DNA of 64,000 bases from Phenylobacterium sp. (GTDB taxonomy: Bacteria > Pseudomonadota > Alphaproteobacteria > Caulobacterales > Caulobacteraceae). The stretch lies in assembly GCA_017991675.1 (NCBI GenBank), contig JAGOQB010000011.1, positions 1,236-65,235 on the forward strand, in the 5' to 3' direction. Of this stretch, positions 8,755-18,086 are shown piece after piece. The translations under genes and the position numbers were made by a program. The notes beneath the pieces were generated by a model. The model had not been told where the DNA came from and ran no database searches. It saw nothing but the letters and a program-made list of their open reading frames with translations. Each line of letters begins with the position of its first letter. The first letter of the stretch is position 1.

Positions 8755-9729
8755 ATGGCGCACGGGTCCTTCCCGATTCTGTTCATCACCGCGACCCGGA
8801 TCGGCGACGCGGTGCTGTCGTCCGGCCTGATCAAACGATTGCTGGACGAGGTTCCGAACGCGCGCTTCACGATCGTCGCCGGCAAGGCCGCCGCCCCGCT
8901 GTTCGCCGAGGTTCCGCACCTCGACCGCCTGATCGTGCTGGAGAAGGCCAAGAACGGCGGCCATTGGCTGAAGCTGTGGCGCGAGGTGCGCCATCGCAAA
9001 TGGGGGCTGATCGTCGACCTGCGCGGTTCGGCGATCTCGCAGTTCCTGCGCCGCGAGCGGCGGGCGGTGTACAAGCGCGGCTCCGGCGGCGGGGTCCACA
9101 AGGTGATCGAGGCGGCCCGGCTGCTGAAGATCGAGGACGAGCCGCCGGCCCCGTACCTGTTCACCTCGGCGGCGACCGAGGCCTATGCCGACGAGCTGAC
9201 CGCCGGCAAGGGGCCGATCCTGGCCATGGCCCCGGCCGCCAACTGGGTCGGCAAGACCTGGCCGGCCGAACGCTTCGCGCAAGTGGCGATCCAGCTGCTG
9301 GGCGGGCCGATGGCCGGCGGGCGGCTGATGCTGCTGGGCGGGCCCGACGACAGCCAGGCGGTCAGCGCCCTGCGCAACGTGGTCCCGCGCGAGCGGACCA
9401 TCGACCTGGCCGGCAAGGTCGAGCTGTTGGCCAGCTACGCCTGCCTGAAGCGCGCCCAGCTGTTCATCGGCAACGACAGCGGGCTGATGCACATGGCCGC
9501 TGCGGCCGGGACCCCGACCATCGGGCTGTTCGGGCCTTCGGACGACAAGCTCTATGGGCCGTGGGGTGAGAATACGCGGATCGTGCGCGGCATTCGCAGC
9601 CTGGACCAGATCCGCGAGGTTGACCCGGGGCTCTCGCAGGCGCTCTGTCACATGATGGACCTGCCGGTGGACTGGGTGACCAACGCCGCTCGGGACCTGC
9701 TCGCCCAAACCAGTTCCAAAGCCAGTTAA
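8755..9729 (+). CDS. glycosyltransferase family 9 (LPS heptosyltransferase-like)
   Basis: RIGDAVL, KTWPAERF and FIGNDSGLMHMAAAAG..TIGLFGP motifs. Confidence 0.9.
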   Translation: MAHGSFPILFITATRIGDAVLSSGLIKRLLDEVPNARFTIVAGKAAAPLFAEVPHLDRLIVLEKAKNGGHWLKLWREVRHRKWGLIVDLRGSAISQFLRRERRAVYKRGSGGGVHKVIEAARLLKIEDEPPAPYLFTSAATEAYADELTAGKGPILAMAPAANWVGKTWPAERFAQVAIQLLGGPMAGGRLMLLGGPDDSQAVSALRNVVPRERTIDLAGKVELLASYACLKRAQLFIGNDSGLMHMAAAAGTPTIGLFGPSDDKLYGPWGENTRIVRGIRSLDQIREVDPGLSQALCHMMDLPVDWVTNAARDLLAQTSSKAS

Positions 9730-9744
9730 GCCCAGAGACGCAAC

Positions 9745-11079
9745 ATGCCCGAGACCTTCGACCTCATCGTGAGGGGCGGCGAGGTGGTGAACCATGCCGG
9801 CCGCGGCCTGGCCGACGTCGGCGTGCGCGCGGGCAAGATCGTCGAGATCGGCGACCTCTCCCAGGCCAGCGCCGGGCAGGTGTTCGACGCTATGGGGCTG
9901 ACCGTGCTGCCGGGGGTGATCGACACCCAGGTCCACTTCCGCGAGCCGGGCCTGGAGTGGAAGGAAGACCTGGAGACCGGATCGCGCGCCGCGGCGATGG
10001 GCGGGGTCGTGGCGGTGTTCGAGATGCCGAACACCGAGCCGACCACCACCGACCCGGACGCCCTGGCCGACAAGCTGCATCGCGCCGCCGGCCGCATGCA
10101 CACCGACCACGCCTTCTATGTCGGCGGCACGCACGAGAACGCGCAGTTCCTGGGCGAGCTGGAGCGGCTGCCCGGCTGCTGCGGCATCAAGGTGTTCATG
10201 GGCGCCTCGACCGGCAGCCTGCTGGTGCAGGACGACGAGGGCATCGAGCAGGTGCTGCGCCATGTGAACCGCCGCGCGGCGTTCCACTCCGAGGACGAGT
10301 ACCGACTGGCCGAGCGTCGGCCGCTGGCCCGCACCGGCGACTGGACCAGCCACGAGGAGGTGCGCGACGCCGCCTCGGCGCTGGAATCGACGCACCGGCT
10401 GGTGCGGATCGCCAAGGCGCTGGGCAAGCGCATCCACGTGCTGCACGTGACGACGCGCGAGGAGATCGAGTTCCTGGCGCTGCACAAGGACGTGGCCAGC
10501 GTCGAGGTGACCCCGCAGCACCTGACCCTGACCGCGCCGGAAGCCTATGAGCGGCTGAAGGGCTACGCCCAGATGAACCCGCCGATCCGCAACGCCTATC
10601 ACCAGGCCGGCCTGTGGCACGGGATCGCCGCCGGCATCGCCGACGTGTTGGGCTCGGACCACGCGCCGCACACCAAGGACGAGAAGGCCCGGCCCTATCC
10701 GGCCTCGCCGTCGGGCATGCCCGGCGTGCAGACCCTGGTGCCGGTGATGCTGACCCACGTGAACGAGGGGCGCCTCAGCCTGGAGCGCTTCGTCGACCTG
10801 ACCAGCCATGGCGCCAACCGGGTGTTCGGCATGGCCGACAAGGGCCGGCTGGCGGTCGGCTACGACGCCGACATCACCGTGGTCGACATGAAGGCCCGCC
10901 GCACGATCAAGCACGAGGACATGTCGACCCGCGTCGGCTGGACCCCGTTCGACGGCTTCGAGGCCAAGGGCTGGCCGGTGGCGACGATCATCCGCGGCAC
11001 GGTGGTGATGCGCGACGACGAGCTGGTCGCCCCGAGCCTCGGCCAGCCGGTGCGCTTCGCCGAGACCCTGGGCGGGTAG
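9745..11079 (+). CDS. pyrC: dihydroorotase
   Basis: PGVIDTQVHFREPG, EMPNT, MNPPIR and GSDHAPH motifs. Confidence 0.9.
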   Translation: MPETFDLIVRGGEVVNHAGRGLADVGVRAGKIVEIGDLSQASAGQVFDAMGLTVLPGVIDTQVHFREPGLEWKEDLETGSRAAAMGGVVAVFEMPNTEPTTTDPDALADKLHRAAGRMHTDHAFYVGGTHENAQFLGELERLPGCCGIKVFMGASTGSLLVQDDEGIEQVLRHVNRRAAFHSEDEYRLAERRPLARTGDWTSHEEVRDAASALESTHRLVRIAKALGKRIHVLHVTTREEIEFLALHKDVASVEVTPQHLTLTAPEAYERLKGYAQMNPPIRNAYHQAGLWHGIAAGIADVLGSDHAPHTKDEKARPYPASPSGMPGVQTLVPVMLTHVNEGRLSLERFVDLTSHGANRVFGMADKGRLAVGYDADITVVDMKARRTIKHEDMSTRVGWTPFDGFEAKGWPVATIIRGTVVMRDDELVAPSLGQPVRFAETLGG

Positions 11080-11082
11080 GGG

Positions 11083-11766
11083 GTGCTGGCGGCGATGGTC
11101 GCCTCGCTGGCCATGCCGACCGCCCCGCCGGGCGAATGCGTAGTGCTGCTCCACGGCCTGGGGCGCAGCGCGGCCTCGATGGCGCCGATCGGCCGTGATC
11201 TGAGCCGGCGCGGCTATACGGTCGTCGCCCGCAGCTACCCCTCGACGCGGCTCAGCATCGAGGCCGCGGCGGCCGGCGTCGAGCAGGACATCGCCCGCTG
11301 CCGGCGGGTGAAGGCCACGCGCATCCACTTCGTGACCCATTCGCTCGGCGGGCTGCTGCTGCGCGGCTACTTCCAGGACCACGAGCTGCCGGAGGCCGGG
11401 CGGGCGGTGATGCTGGGACCGCCGAACGGCGGCAGCGAGATCGCCGACGAGCTCAAGCATCATTGGTGGTTCCGGCGCGCGCTCGGTCCCGCCGGCCAGG
11501 CCCTGGGCACGCACGAGCCGGTGGCCTTCGCCCGGCCGCTGCCGCTGGAGGTCGGGGTGATCGCCGGCACCCGCAATTACGAGCCCTGGTTCGCCGGCTG
11601 TTTCGGCGGGCGGCCCAACGACGGCAAGGTGAGCGTCGAGAGCACGCGGCTGCCGGAAATGGCCGATTTCCTGACCGTGCGGGCCGGCCACACCTTCATG
11701 GCCCGCTCAGGCCTGGTGCAGAACCAGGTCGCCGCCTTCCTGCAGGACGGCCGCTTTACGCCTTAG
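11083..11766 (+). CDS. secreted alpha/beta hydrolase (esterase/lipase-like)
   Basis: VVLLHGL, THSLGG nucleophile elbow, DGKV, HTF. Confidence 0.8.
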   Translation: MLAAMVASLAMPTAPPGECVVLLHGLGRSAASMAPIGRDLSRRGYTVVARSYPSTRLSIEAAAAGVEQDIARCRRVKATRIHFVTHSLGGLLLRGYFQDHELPEAGRAVMLGPPNGGSEIADELKHHWWFRRALGPAGQALGTHEPVAFARPLPLEVGVIAGTRNYEPWFAGCFGGRPNDGKVSVESTRLPEMADFLTVRAGHTFMARSGLVQNQVAAFLQDGRFTP

Positions 11767-11890
11767 TTCCCGCAGCGGGCGAAGCTGCGGGCGCGAAGTT
11801 CGGGTCTCGGCAATACTTTCAACCCCATACTACCGTCAGTGGGAAGTAACCGGCGCACTCGCGCGCCGCAGGCTCGTCGCGGGGGAGTAG

Positions 11891-12958
11891 ATGTCGCGAT
11901 CGTACGCCGCCGGGTCGGGCGGCCCGAGTCTGACGCTCGTGCAGAAGCTGGATGCACGGGCCTTCCTGTCGCTGACCGTGCGCCACGGCGTGCTGAACTT
12001 CCTCACCCTTGGACTGCACGGATTTTGGGGCCGCAGCGCGATGCGCCGGCGGCTGTGGGCGGCCACCGATCTGAACGGCGAGCCGCTGGACTATGGCGGG
12101 CTGGGGATCGAGCTGCTGATCGGCGCGCTGGCCAAGCTGCTGGTCGTCGCCGCGGCGTCGGCGGCGGCCTTGGCGGCGGTGCAGGGGCTGGGCCTCTGGG
12201 GCGCGCCGGTGGCGCTGATCGCGGCGGCGAGCGTGGGGCTGTTCCTGGGGTTCTGCCGTTTCGTGGGCTTCGTCTATATGGCGACCCGCACCGAGTGGCG
12301 CGGGCAGGTGTTCGAGGTCGACGGCTCGCCCGCGGCCTTCGCGCTGGGCGAGCTGCGCGACGGCGCGCTCAACGTGCTGACGCTCGGCTGGCGGCGGCCG
12401 GCGGCCGACCGGCGCCGCGACGCGGTGCTGTGGGGCGGCCTGCATCATCCGCATCGCCCGGCCGCCTATGACGCCGCCGCGGCCGCGCGCCGCCCACTCT
12501 ACAGCGCCTTTGCGATCGGCTGGTTCGCCAGCGTGATGATCGGCCTGTTCGCGGGCGGAGTGGCGGCCGGGCTGGCGGCCGGCTTCCTGCCGACCCCGGC
12601 GCTGGGAACTGCGCCGACCCTGGTCGAGGCCGCCGCGCTGGGCGCGCTGGCGCTCGGCCTGTGGCTGGCGCTGACGGTCGCCTGGGCGCCGTACCAGGCG
12701 GCGCGGCGCACGGCGACGGCGGCGGGGCTGGGGCTGAGGCTGCCGCTCTGCTGGCGGGCCTGCGCGCGGCTGCAGGCCGGCAACACCGCGCTGCACATCG
12801 TCTCGCTGGGCGCGCTGGCGCCCTATGCGGCGGCGCGCGAGAGCGCCTTCGTGTTCGCCCGGCTGGAAGAGGCGCGGCGGCTGTCGAAACGGGCGCGGGC
12901 CGCGCGTCTATCGGCTGGCGTGAGGTTCACGCCGCTGGAGCTGAAGGCCGGCTCCTAG
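11891..12958 (+). CDS. YjgN/DUF898 family membrane protein
   Basis: Repeated LN.LTLG and IVSLG..PYA motifs, several TM segments. Confidence 0.65.
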   Translation: MSRSYAAGSGGPSLTLVQKLDARAFLSLTVRHGVLNFLTLGLHGFWGRSAMRRRLWAATDLNGEPLDYGGLGIELLIGALAKLLVVAAASAAALAAVQGLGLWGAPVALIAAASVGLFLGFCRFVGFVYMATRTEWRGQVFEVDGSPAAFALGELRDGALNVLTLGWRRPAADRRRDAVLWGGLHHPHRPAAYDAAAAARRPLYSAFAIGWFASVMIGLFAGGVAAGLAAGFLPTPALGTAPTLVEAAALGALALGLWLALTVAWAPYQAARRTATAAGLGLRLPLCWRACARLQAGNTALHIVSLGALAPYAAARESAFVFARLEEARRLSKRARAARLSAGVRFTPLELKAGS

Positions 12959-13019
12959 GCGGCGATTCGCTTTGATGGGATGACATCCCCGGCGCTCGCC
13001 CGTTAAGGCTATAGGCATC

Positions 13020-14789
13020 ATGGACGCCAGAATCCGCCCCACAGACGCCCCGTTCCGCGACGCGCGCTATGCGCCGCCGCAGCTGGACATCGAGGAGAGG
13101 GGCGGCGGCGAGCTGATCCTCACCAATCCGACGCCGTTCTCGGGCGAGTTCACCACCATGACCCAGGCGCTGGACCGCTGGGCGGCCGAGGCGCCGGGGC
13201 GGACCTGGCTGGCCGAGCGGTCGGGCGAGGGCTGGCGGCGGACCAGCTTCGGCGAGGCGCGCGAGCAGGTGCGGGCGATCGCCGGGGGCCTGCGCGAACT
13301 GGGCGTGGTCGGGACGCGGCCGCTGCTGATCCTGGCGCGCAACGGCGTCGACCACGGGCTGGTCGGCTACGCGGCGATGAGCCAGGGCATGCCGATCGCG
13401 CCGGTCTCGCCGCAGTACGGCCTGCCGGGGGCGAACCTGACGCGGCTGGCGCATGCGGTCGAGGTGCTGAGGCCCGCGGCGGTCTATACCGAGGACGCAG
13501 GCCTGTTCTCCGAGGCGCTGGAGGCGCCGTTCCTGGCCGGGCTGCCGGTGATCGCCGGCAAGAACCCGCGGCCGGGCGACTTGGCCCTGGCGCGGCTGCT
13601 GGCCGCGGCCGGCGTCGACGCCGTCGCCCAGCCGGACGACCATGCCAAGTACCTGCTGACCTCCGGCTCGACCGGCCTGCCCAAGGCGGTGATCTGCCTG
13701 CATCGCGGCATCGCGCTGAACTCGGCCCAGATCGCGGCCTGCTACGCCGACGACGAGCCGCCGGTGATGGTCAATTCGGCGCCCTGGAGCCACAGCCTGG
13801 GGGCCAACTCGATCCTGCACATGGCGCTGCACCGCGGCGGCACCTTGCACATCGACGCCGGCCAGCCGGTGGCCGGGCGGTTCGGCGAGACATTGCGCAA
13901 CCTGAAAGAGGTGGCGACCACCTATCACAACATGGTCCCGGCCGGATGGATGCTGCTGGCCGGCGAACTGGAGCGGGACGAGGATCTGGCCAGGACCTTC
14001 TTCGAGCAGGTGCGGGTGCTGCAGTACGGCGGCGCGGCGCTCGGCCAGGACGCCTGCGACCGCATCCAGGCCGTCGCGGTGGCGAGCGTCGGCGAGAAGA
14101 TCAGCTTCGCCTCGGGCTATGGCGCGACCGAGACCGGGCCGACCGCCTGCAACGTCCACTGGCGCAACGACCGGATGGGGCTGATCGGCCTGCCGGTGCC
14201 GGGTACTTCCGTCAAGCTGACGCCGGCGGCGGGCAAGCTGGAGTTCCGGGTGAAGGGGCCGCAGGTCTCGCCCGGCTATCTGGGCCGCCCGGAGCTGTCG
14301 GCGCAGAGCTACGACGCCGACGGCTTCTACCTGCTGGGCGATGCGGCGCGGTTCGTGGACGCGGCGAGCCCGAAGGCGGGCCTGGCGTTCGACGGGCGCA
14401 TCTCGGAGAACTTCAAGCTGGCCAGCGGCACCTTCGTCACGGTCGGCGACCTGCGGGTGAAGGCGGTCTCGGCGGTGGGCGATGCGGTCACCGACGCGGT
14501 GGTCTGCGGCGAGGGCCGCGAGGCGGTCGGCCTGCTGTTCTATCCCAATCCGAGCATGGACCGCGACGCGATCGAGGCAGCGGTGCGGGCCGGGATCGAA
14601 CGCTTCAACGCCGGGGCCAAGGGCTCAGGCGGCAAGGTGGCCCGCGCCCTGGTGCTGGCCACGCCGCCGGACGCCAACGCCGGCGAGATCACCGACAAGG
14701 GCTATATCGCCCAGCCCGTCGCCCGCGCGCTGCGGGCCAGCGAGGCCGAACGACTGTTTTCCGATGCTGCTGATGTGATGGTGTTCTGA
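13020..14789 (+). CDS. AMP-binding acyl-CoA synthetase, feruloyl-CoA synthase-like
   Basis: LLTSGSTGLPKAV, YGATET, FDGRISENFKL and GEITDKG motifs. Confidence 0.85.
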   Translation: MDARIRPTDAPFRDARYAPPQLDIEERGGGELILTNPTPFSGEFTTMTQALDRWAAEAPGRTWLAERSGEGWRRTSFGEAREQVRAIAGGLRELGVVGTRPLLILARNGVDHGLVGYAAMSQGMPIAPVSPQYGLPGANLTRLAHAVEVLRPAAVYTEDAGLFSEALEAPFLAGLPVIAGKNPRPGDLALARLLAAAGVDAVAQPDDHAKYLLTSGSTGLPKAVICLHRGIALNSAQIAACYADDEPPVMVNSAPWSHSLGANSILHMALHRGGTLHIDAGQPVAGRFGETLRNLKEVATTYHNMVPAGWMLLAGELERDEDLARTFFEQVRVLQYGGAALGQDACDRIQAVAVASVGEKISFASGYGATETGPTACNVHWRNDRMGLIGLPVPGTSVKLTPAAGKLEFRVKGPQVSPGYLGRPELSAQSYDADGFYLLGDAARFVDAASPKAGLAFDGRISENFKLASGTFVTVGDLRVKAVSAVGDAVTDAVVCGEGREAVGLLFYPNPSMDRDAIEAAVRAGIERFNAGAKGSGGKVARALVLATPPDANAGEITDKGYIAQPVARALRASEAERLFSDAADVMVF

Positions 14790-16330
14790 TGAACGGCGCC
14801 GACGCCCTGATTACCACCCTCGTCGAGAACGAGGTCACCGCCTGCTTCGCCAATCCCGGCACCAGCGAGATGCAGTTCGTCGCCGCGCTGGACCGCGAGC
14901 CGAAGATGCGGCCGGTGCTGTGCCTGTTCGAAGGCGTGGCGACCGGGGCCGCCGACGGCTATGGCCGCATCGCCGAAAAGCCGGCCTGCACCCTGCTGCA
15001 CCTGGGCCCTGGCTACGGCAACGGCCTGGCGAACCTGCACAACGCGCGGCGGGCGTTCACGCCCATCGTCAATGTGATCGGCGACCACGCCACCTATCAC
15101 CGGCAGTACGACGCGCCGCTGAACTCGGACATTCCGACCATCGTCGGGCCGAACTCGCTGTGGGTGAAGTCGGCCGACAGCCCCGACACCGTGGCGCAGC
15201 TGACCGCTGAGGCGGTGACCGCCAGCTACGGCGCGCCGGGCGGTCCGGTCAGCCTGATCCTGCCGGCCGACTCGGCCTGGCTGGAGACCGCCAACGGCGC
15301 GGTGAAGGCGAGCGTGCCGACCCGCGCGGCCCCGGCCGGCGGCGTGGTCGAGGACGTCGCCAGGAAGGTCCGCGCGGCGGCCAAACCCGTCGTGCTGCTG
15401 GGCGGGCAGGGGACCAGCGCCCAGGCCCTGGAACAGGCCGCGCGCCTGCAGGCCGCCGGCGTGCGGGTGATGGCCGACACCTTCTGCGCGCGCCAGCCGC
15501 GCGGGGCCGGCGTCTTCCAGCCGGCGCGGATGCAGTATTTCGGCGAGGCGGCGCTGGCCGACCTCGAAGGCACGGACCTGATGGTGTTCGTCGGGACGGT
15601 GACGCCGGTGGCGTTCTTCGCCTATCCCGACCGCCCCAGCGTGCTGGTCCCGGAAGGCTGCGAGACCATGACCCTGGCGCAGCGTTCGGAAGACGCGGTC
15701 GCGGGCCTGGCGGCGCTGGCCGACGCCCTGGGCGCGCCGGCGAGCGGCCCGTCGCAATCCTACAAGGTCGCGGGCGCGGCCCCGACCGGACCGTTGACCC
15801 CGCAGTCGGCGGGGGTGTCGGTGGCCCGCCACCTGCCGGAAGGCGCGATCATCTGCGACGACTCGGTGACCTCGGGCGGCGGCATCGCCGTGCCCTGCGC
15901 CACCGCCAAGGCGCATGACGTGCTGGCCCTGACCGGCGGAGCCATCGGCATCGGCGGACCGCTGGCGATCGGGGCGGCGGTCGCCGCGCCGGACCGCAAG
16001 ATCGTCTCGCTGAACGGCGACGGCTCGGCGATGTACACGGTGCAGTCGCTATGGACGATGGCGCGCGAGCAGCAGGACGTGACGGTGGTGGTGTTCGCCA
16101 ACCACTCCTACCGCATCCTCAACATCGAGATGGGCCGCACCGGCTCGGGCAATCCGGGGCCGTCGGCCAGCAAGCTGCTCGACCTGGGCGATCCGAAGAT
16201 CGACTGGGTGTCGGTGGCCAAGGGGCTGGGCGTGCCGGCGGTGCGCTGCGAGACGGCCGAAGAGTTCGACGCCGCCTTCGCCAAGGCGATGGCCGAGCCG
16301 GGGCCGAAGTTCATCGAAGCTGCGATCTAG
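14789..16330 (+). CDS. thiamine-diphosphate enzyme, acetolactate synthase large subunit-like
   Basis: FANPGTSE and GDGSAMY...N ThDP motif. Start overlaps the upstream stop (TGATG). Confidence 0.85.
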   Translation: MNGADALITTLVENEVTACFANPGTSEMQFVAALDREPKMRPVLCLFEGVATGAADGYGRIAEKPACTLLHLGPGYGNGLANLHNARRAFTPIVNVIGDHATYHRQYDAPLNSDIPTIVGPNSLWVKSADSPDTVAQLTAEAVTASYGAPGGPVSLILPADSAWLETANGAVKASVPTRAAPAGGVVEDVARKVRAAAKPVVLLGGQGTSAQALEQAARLQAAGVRVMADTFCARQPRGAGVFQPARMQYFGEAALADLEGTDLMVFVGTVTPVAFFAYPDRPSVLVPEGCETMTLAQRSEDAVAGLAALADALGAPASGPSQSYKVAGAAPTGPLTPQSAGVSVARHLPEGAIICDDSVTSGGGIAVPCATAKAHDVLALTGGAIGIGGPLAIGAAVAAPDRKIVSLNGDGSAMYTVQSLWTMAREQQDVTVVVFANHSYRILNIEMGRTGSGNPGPSASKLLDLGDPKIDWVSVAKGLGVPAVRCETAEEFDAAFAKAMAEPGPKFIEAAI

Positions 16331-16504
16331 GGCCGAACGACGGAGGCTCCCCTCGGGTCTGGTCGAGTGCTCTCGACCGGTCTCCGTCATTCGCCAGGTC
16401 CGCGCTCAGGTGGACCAGCGCTGCTGCTCAGGTGTCGGCGCGAGTGACTTTGCCATTGCCGGGCGATGTAACACGGGACGGACATCACCTCTGAGGAGAC
16501 CTGC

Positions 16505-17086
16505 ATGCGCGCCCTTCTGCTTGCACTCGCCACCATCGGCAGCTTGGCCGCTGCAGCGCCATCCGTCGCTCAGACCTTGAAGGTGAACCCAAACCTCAGC
16601 ATCGACGTCACCGGCTTTAGCGGCGATCCGAATATCCTGCCCGACCTGGTGACCCAGATTGAGGCCCGGAACGGCGGGCGAGTGGCCGCGATAGCCTTTA
16701 GCAACGTCGCTGGCGCCCCGGGTTACGCCGCCATCGTGTTGAATGGATCGGACGTCAGGTTCTGGCGGCTCGACAAGCCGACCGCCGAAGCCGTTGAACT
16801 TACCGGTGCGTCGATTCCGTCATGGATGTTGTCCTGGCGCAATCAGCGCCGCGCGGAAGCGGTGAAGGACGCCAAGATTTCGCTGGCTGACGCGATCCGT
16901 ACGGCTGAAGCCTCGAAGCGGGGCGCGCCGGCGGTCGTGGCCGGCATCGCGAGAAGCGCCTCCAACCCCACCTCGGACGTCCAGGCCTACACGGTCGGGA
17001 TCCTGAAAAACGGCCGGCTGGAGCGCGTCGCGGTGGATTCGCAATCGGGAAGGCCGATCGAGAACCCCGAGGCGCTGGATTGGTGA
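16505..17086 (+). CDS. secreted PepSY-domain protein
   Basis: Signal peptide, AKISLADAIRTA...VAVDSQSG PepSY pattern, GAGGAG RBS. Confidence 0.65.
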   Translation: MRALLLALATIGSLAAAAPSVAQTLKVNPNLSIDVTGFSGDPNILPDLVTQIEARNGGRVAAIAFSNVAGAPGYAAIVLNGSDVRFWRLDKPTAEAVELTGASIPSWMLSWRNQRRAEAVKDAKISLADAIRTAEASKRGAPAVVAGIARSASNPTSDVQAYTVGILKNGRLERVAVDSQSGRPIENPEALDW

Positions 17087-17129
17087 GGCCGGAAATGGCG
17101 CCCGGGCCTCGCCCAGCGCCGGCGGCTCG

Positions 17130-17181
17130 CCCCCTCCACCACCCTGCGGGCGGTCCCCCTCCCCCGCTGCGCAGGGGAGGA
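17130..17181. repeat. family C single arm
   Basis: CCCCCTCCACC-hairpin-GGTCCCCCTCCCCCGCTGCGCAGGGGAGGA. Confidence 0.7.
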
Positions 17182-17295
17182 AAGGGCGTTCGGGTGCTGC
17201 AACGGCGAACAGGTCTGCGCCGGGCGCGGCAGGGGGTTTTCGCCGTTCAGCTATGATCTGCTCCGATTCACATTTTTCATCACAATCGGAAATAT

Positions 17296-17336
17296 TGCGC
17301 CGCACCATTGATCTTGTGTGCGTCGCAGCATAGATA
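17296..17336 (+). promoter_or_regulatory. sigma70-like promoter overlapped by two PhaR-like boxes
   Basis: TGCGCCGCACCA 17296-17307 and TGCGTCGCAGCA 17319-17330. TTGATC-N17-TAGATA at 17308-17336. Confidence 0.55.
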
Positions 17337-17359
17337 GGCTTCAGCATTTGGAGGCGATC

Positions 17360-17485
17360 ATGCTGTTTGCTGAATACGAAAACGTCGAAGGCCAGCTGGC
17401 TTTCTACCGCGCGGTCAACGCGTTCGTGGGCAAGGTCGTGGCGCGCCTGCGCGGCGACGCCGAGCACCTGCTCTCGCACGCCTGA
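17360..17485 (+). CDS. 41-aa small protein (MLFAEYENVEGQLAFYRAVNAFVGKVVARLRGDAEHLLSHA), absent from the ORF track
   Basis: GGAGG RBS at 17350-17354, host-like GC3 codons, own promoter and terminator. Confidence 0.75.
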   Translation: MLFAEYENVEGQLAFYRAVNAFVGKVVARLRGDAEHLLSHA

Positions 17486-17508
17486 GGCGCGCCCCCCGAA
17501 CTGACGAG

Positions 17509-17544
17509 AAAGGCCCGCGGAGCGATCCGCGGGCCTTTTCGTTT
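17509..17544. terminator. bidirectional intrinsic terminator between the sORF and the GIY-YIG gene
   Basis: AAAGGCCCGCGGA-GCGA-TCCGCGGGCCTTTT. Confidence 0.85.
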
Positions 17545-17560
17545 GGGGCGTCTCGCTGTG

Positions 17561-17869
17561 TCAGACGAGTGGCGGCTGATCCGGCGTCATCATCGCCGGA
17601 TAGAGATCTCCCCATTCCGGGTTTTCCGTCTCGATCAGTCGGACCTTCCACTCCCGTCGCCAGCGCTTGAGCTGCTTTTCGAAGTGGATCGCCTCGGCGA
17701 TCTCGCCGTATCCCCGCCACCACACCAAGCGGTCGACGCCATATCGCTTGGTGAACCCGGCGATTTCCTTGGCCTTGTGCTGGATCACGCGGCTCTCAAG
17801 GCTGTTGGTCACCCCGACGTACAGCGTTCCGTGCCGCCCGCTGGCGAGGATGTAGACGAAGTAGCTCAT
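17561..17869 (-). CDS. stand-alone GIY-YIG nuclease (102 aa)
   Basis: YFVYILAS..GTLYVGVT..LESRVIQH, FTKRYGV, EAIHFEKQLKRWRREWK..LIE..NPEW.DL. GAGG RBS before ATG 17869. Confidence 0.92.
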   Translation of the reverse strand: MSYFVYILASGRHGTLYVGVTNSLESRVIQHKAKEIAGFTKRYGVDRLVWWRGYGEIAEAIHFEKQLKRWRREWKVRLIETENPEWGDLYPAMMTPDQPPLV

Positions 17870-17880
17870 CCCCGACCTCA

Positions 17881-17928
17881 GGCGCGAATGGGTCCCGGAC
17901 AAGCCCTGCGGGCTTTCCGGGATGACAC
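17881..17928 (-). repeat. family A left arm directly upstream of the GIY-YIG gene
   Basis: Minus strand reads GTGTCATCCCGG-AAAGCCC-GCA-GGGCTT-GT-CCGGGACCCATTCGCGCC, ending 11 nt before the ATG. Confidence 0.9.
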
Positions 17929-17949
17929 TCTGTGGTCAAGCTCCCGCCC

Positions 17950-18086
17950 GTGTCATCCCGGTTTCGGCGCAGCCGAAGACCGGGATCCATTCGCGCCCGG
18001 GTTCGTCGAATTGGCGAGGCGCGAGCCACTTCCTGAGCCATCCGGTGTTTATGGATCCGGTCTTGCTTCGCAAACCGGGATGACAC
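17950..18086 (+). repeat. family A REP doublet, copy 2 (extra terminal fragment GGGATGACAC at 18102-18111)
   Basis: GTGTCATCCCGG..CCGGGATCCATTCGCGCC...CATCCGGTGTTTATGGATCCGG..CCGGGATGACAC. Confidence 0.9.

Noticed and set aside
8704-11691. 995-aa minus-strand ORF
   Set aside because: Antisense shadow of GT9, pyrC and the hydrolase.
17308-17321. FixK/FNR box upstream of the sORF
   Set aside because: Only the TTGAT half is present and ATCAA is missing. It is better explained as a -35 element.
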